Shown here in pieces: positions 22,401-24,561 of a DNA stretch of 24,561 nucleotides. This stretch comes from a virus (lineage: Duplodnaviria; Caudoviricetes), in IMG/VR virus record IMGVR_UViG_3300030376_000668, positions 1 through 24,561 of that record. One strand, given 5' to 3'. The notes beneath the pieces are model-generated. The model saw only the letters and a list, made by a program, of their open reading frames with translations, searched no databases and was not told the origin of the DNA. The translations under genes and the position numbers were made by a program. How positions within the stretch are numbered: the stretch's first letter is position 1; each line of letters begins with the position of its first letter.

Positions 22401-24561
22401 CTTCAGGTGAAAGCAGGATTGATACTCTTGCTGGTCTAACGCTTGACGGCATTACCTACCCAACAGCAGACGGCTCTGCTAATCAGGTACTAACTACAGA
22501 CGGCTCAGGTACGCTATCGTTTGCCAATGTATCTGGTGTAGGTATTAACGCAGTAGTAGACGACACTACGCCACAGCTTGGTGGTGATCTTGACCTCAAT
22601 AGTCATGACATTACTGGCACTGGAAACTTAGATTTCACAGGAACTATCAACACAGTCCTTTCTGTAGACGGTACTACGGAAGACGTGTTTATTACTGGTG
22701 GTGCTCCAGCGCTCGAATGGGTAGAGAATGACGCAGGTGCGGGTCGAGTCCGTTCTGCGCTAAGTAATTCTGTCATTTTCCATTCGCACTATGGAGACTC
22801 TACAACTACCTACGGTGGTTATGTCTTGCAGACTAGAGCGTCTGACGGGTCTAACAACCAAGTAGTTTACACGTACGACGCAGGCGCTAATGATCGTCAC
22901 TGGTGGGGTACTAGAACGTCTGGCGATGTGCTTATGCAGCTGGAGTCAGATGGTACCTTTAACGTCCGTGGCGGCGATGTGTCGTTTGAAGACTCTTCAC
23001 TTGTTGAGAAGTTTTACTGGGACGCAAGCACTGCGCGATTAGGTCTGGGAAGAACAAATCCCGCAGAAGAGATTCACATTGATGCGTCAATTCCTACGAT
23101 ACGCTTGCAGGATTCTGACGGCACTGATCAATACGCAAACATCTATCAGTCTGGCGGTACTACTAATATTTATACTCGTAACGGCACTGATTATGGTGAT
23201 TTCTATATTCGTCGCTATAACGGCACTGACTTAGATATTTCGTTCCGTGTACAAAACAACGGCGACATTATCTTTTATGGAGATGATGGCTCGACACAAG
23301 GCGTTAAATTTGACGCAAGCACCAATCGACTTGGCATAGGTACTACGCTGCCTAGCACAACCTTAGATGTTGCGGGGACTGTCACTGCAAATGATTTAAC
23401 TCTGTCAGATACACAGCCAGTATTAAAACTAGAGGACTCTGACGGCACTAATCAAACGCTAGAGGTACTTACGTCAGCAGGAGCGTCATTTTTGACTGCC
23501 CGAAACGGTTCTTCAAATGGAACAATTAACCTGCGTCGAACTGATGGCACTACCACTAAAAGAACTATGCAAGTGCAATCGTCAGGTGACATTGCTATCT
23601 ATGCAGACGACGGCACGACAAAAGCCCTCTACTGGGACGCAAGCACTTCACGGTTAGGTCTGGGTATTACGAATCCAGCTTACGAGCTTGATGTATACAG
23701 CACTATCCACATTGGAAACGACGGAGGCTCTGGCTTTTCCCATTCACGTTTGATACTAGACTCTAACGGTGCTGGTCGTGGGGCAGGAATATTTAGTCAC
23801 AACCAAGTAAATGATACAGAGTGGTTCTTTGGTAATCCCTATGACACTCCTGATTCATTTGCTATCAACAGACTGGCAACGGCCTCGCATTCAGATGCTA
23901 CCGCAAACAAGACCAACTCATTAGTCACTGTTAATAGCTCTGGCAATGTTGGTATAGGTGTCGTCCCAGAAACAGATTGGCACAGTAATTATACCGCTCT
24001 TCAGGTAAATACTGGCGGCGCATTAGCTTCTTACGCCAGCGGAACGACGTTCGGAACTGCTATATCAACGAACCAAAGAACAACTGGCGATACGTTTGTT
24101 AATGGTAATAAGTACATAGCAAATGCGGCGGCTCAGTTATACCTACAAGATAACGGCGGCAACCACATTTGGTATAACGCCGCATCAGGAACAGCAGACG
24201 CAACAATAAGCTGGAATGAGCGTATGCGTATCACAAGCTCTGGCAACTTGCTGGTTGGTAAGACTGGTTCAGCCTTTGGCACAGCAGGTACAGAGCTACA
24301 AGCTGACGGCGCTGTAACGATTACACGAAGCGGCTCTACTGGTGGCACTCCGTTCTTTGTAAATCGACTGGCTAATGACGGCGAACTTGCGGCGTTTTAC
24401 AAGGACACAGTTCATGTCGGTAGTATTCGCAGTCGTAGTGGCCTTGTAAGCACGATTATTTTAGACCCTCGAAGCGACGGCTCGGGCTTGACTGGTTCGA
24501 CTAATGGCCTGTTGCCAGTTGATGAAAATGGAAGTATATCAGACGATGGTATCGATTTAGG
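19493..24561 (+). CDS. Large tail fibre/tailspike (>1,680 aa, runs off window) with pectate-lyase-like beta-helix
   Basis: Not in track because it has no stop; I read this frame open to the window end. N-terminal anchor MTDYTKTTDFAAKD..I.G.EFD.EFN.I; NVKDFGATGDG..FFPEGHY beta-helix start; GNVGIG, ERMRI.SSGN and WDAST.RLG.G fibre repeats. Confidence 0.9.
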   Translation, partial: MTDYTKTTDFAAKDSLPSGDSNKVIRGTEFDTEFNNIATASATKADLSNPSFQGDVSVAGNISVSGTVDGRDVAADGTKLDTVETNADVTDTANVTAAGAVMDSELTDEAAVKALDQGVATTDSPTFAGATLGAVTYAATDGTDGQVLTTDGAGNATFEALPDSLYLNVKDFGATGDGSDQTTALQNAINHASTRGIQTIFFPEGHYKYTTLRFYHDQTDNTGFQGTNVYVGDGTTDDFNFGWYIADASDLTVTVEGVEQTLNTHYTVSGVGSDTGGTVTFTAGNIPSAPAGSTVTNRKGDGTTSEFFYSGTVIPDASNVSVTVDGVASTQFTVDIGKRLVVFNAGHEPPAPANPNDNNVVITIQKTVNISSNNRDGRVQLRGTGRLAIADLVGLDKNRTRIYGSVLESTGDGIIIDTDQEFSTPVDARNFVAKDLTFLADNTGQIIKAEKNPGMSFDTCSFKQFNPAGTGLEVRNCWFFTMNQCYVVGQRYQETYTGDGTQQTFTYTFDNPSATSDILVQLNGGALTETTDYTVTMGATKTVTLTSAGATKVSDAIALSGAKTINVQRINTGDGISSQFVGRTFGSFAGLWTITQSLVDSFANGVHWTGGTVTNLSIRDTAVQNCGNYNIYADSGVIQQMLLDNVYFENQKTQGVSFIKGDGTAPPDNSAVIRNLRMTNCFMLGGGTNPRVTGPCIDLDNVDAVDIEGMYVFRVRQSFLNITRTKNSQDVPGEVKNSIFLTSSDQTKFLDLEPTVYLLTGILPNAHNCVWPSINDSFHDTTNNINLFDPTVDEGYLRSSTDFMGSTAISRFSFGDTTVRAFQNADSNQPNYFTGAYELNFGQEYKTYYDLTTNMSGGLAVYLPDTGNVGQSEVNDGRLVIVKNNEASTSSLNYPYINVFNRSNPTSGNQIAQLAPGQTGLFIFDSQDSEKFKFVGRTFNDRIDLYDNEKLTFGRGTSSAADMEIYHDSTSGESRIDTLAGLTLDGITYPTADGSANQVLTTDGSGTLSFANVSGVGINAVVDDTTPQLGGDLDLNSHDITGTGNLDFTGTINTVLSVDGTTEDVFITGGAPALEWVENDAGAGRVRSALSNSVIFHSHYGDSTTTYGGYVLQTRASDGSNNQVVYTYDAGANDRHWWGTRTSGDVLMQLESDGTFNVRGGDVSFEDSSLVEKFYWDASTARLGLGRTNPAEEIHIDASIPTIRLQDSDGTDQYANIYQSGGTTNIYTRNGTDYGDFYIRRYNGTDLDISFRVQNNGDIIFYGDDGSTQGVKFDASTNRLGIGTTLPSTTLDVAGTVTANDLTLSDTQPVLKLEDSDGTNQTLEVLTSAGASFLTARNGSSNGTINLRRTDGTTTKRTMQVQSSGDIAIYADDGTTKALYWDASTSRLGLGITNPAYELDVYSTIHIGNDGGSGFSHSRLILDSNGAGRGAGIFSHNQVNDTEWFFGNPYDTPDSFAINRLATASHSDATANKTNSLVTVNSSGNVGIGVVPETDWHSNYTALQVNTGGALASYASGTTFGTAISTNQRTTGDTFVNGNKYIANAAAQLYLQDNGGNHIWYNAASGTADATISWNERMRITSSGNLLVGKTGSAFGTAGTELQADGAVTITRSGSTGGTPFFVNRLANDGELAAFYKDTVHVGSIRSRSGLVSTIILDPRSDGSGLTGSTNGLLPVDENGSISDDGIDL

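Noticed and set aside
825-24348. Numerous antisense or alternate-frame short ORFs (e.g. 825-1151, 1532-1888, 5444-5740, 20007-20252, 20629-20901, 24133-24348)
   Set aside because: They lie within well-supported genes and lack RBSs or recognisable motifs.
19493-24561. Diversity-generating retroelement target in the tail fibre
   Set aside because: No reverse transcriptase in the window, and the repeats do not differ specifically at adenines.
1-24561. tRNA genes, integrase or att sites, phage RNA polymerase
   Set aside because: None recognisable in this window.

Overview
Fragment of a lytic, podovirus-type dsDNA phage with a T7-like replisome but no RNA polymerase in the window. The layout (class II RNR, two oppositely oriented arms) resembles SIO1/cobavirus-like marine phages; this assignment is inference. 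Minus arm (1-~11000): small early genes, a GP88-like protein, a C5-methyltransferase-like protein, primase-helicase, family A DNA polymerase, SSB, exonuclease, endonuclease I, metallophosphoesterase, DUF3310 and the start of nrdJ. Plus arm (11732-end): TerS, M15 peptidase, TerL, portal, four small basic proteins, scaffold, major capsid and a >1,680-aa tail fibre/spike that runs off the window. The most striking part is the non-coding control region and early leader (~10370-11730). It holds a sigma54 (-24/-12) promoter with a consensus IHF site and an upstream array of TGTTAC/GTAACA (CbrB-like) half-sites, three Fur-box-like sites at exact 23-bp spacing, four copies of a 14-bp palindrome between early genes, and a complete type III hammerhead ribozyme right after the first early gene. 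Together these suggest early expression wired to host nutrient regulators and processed by a self-cleaving RNA. Also seen: early genes flanked by direct repeats that duplicate the stop codon and RBS, and a small beta-rich module inserted (once nested) in two structural genes. All protein assignments come from motif recognition, not database searches.
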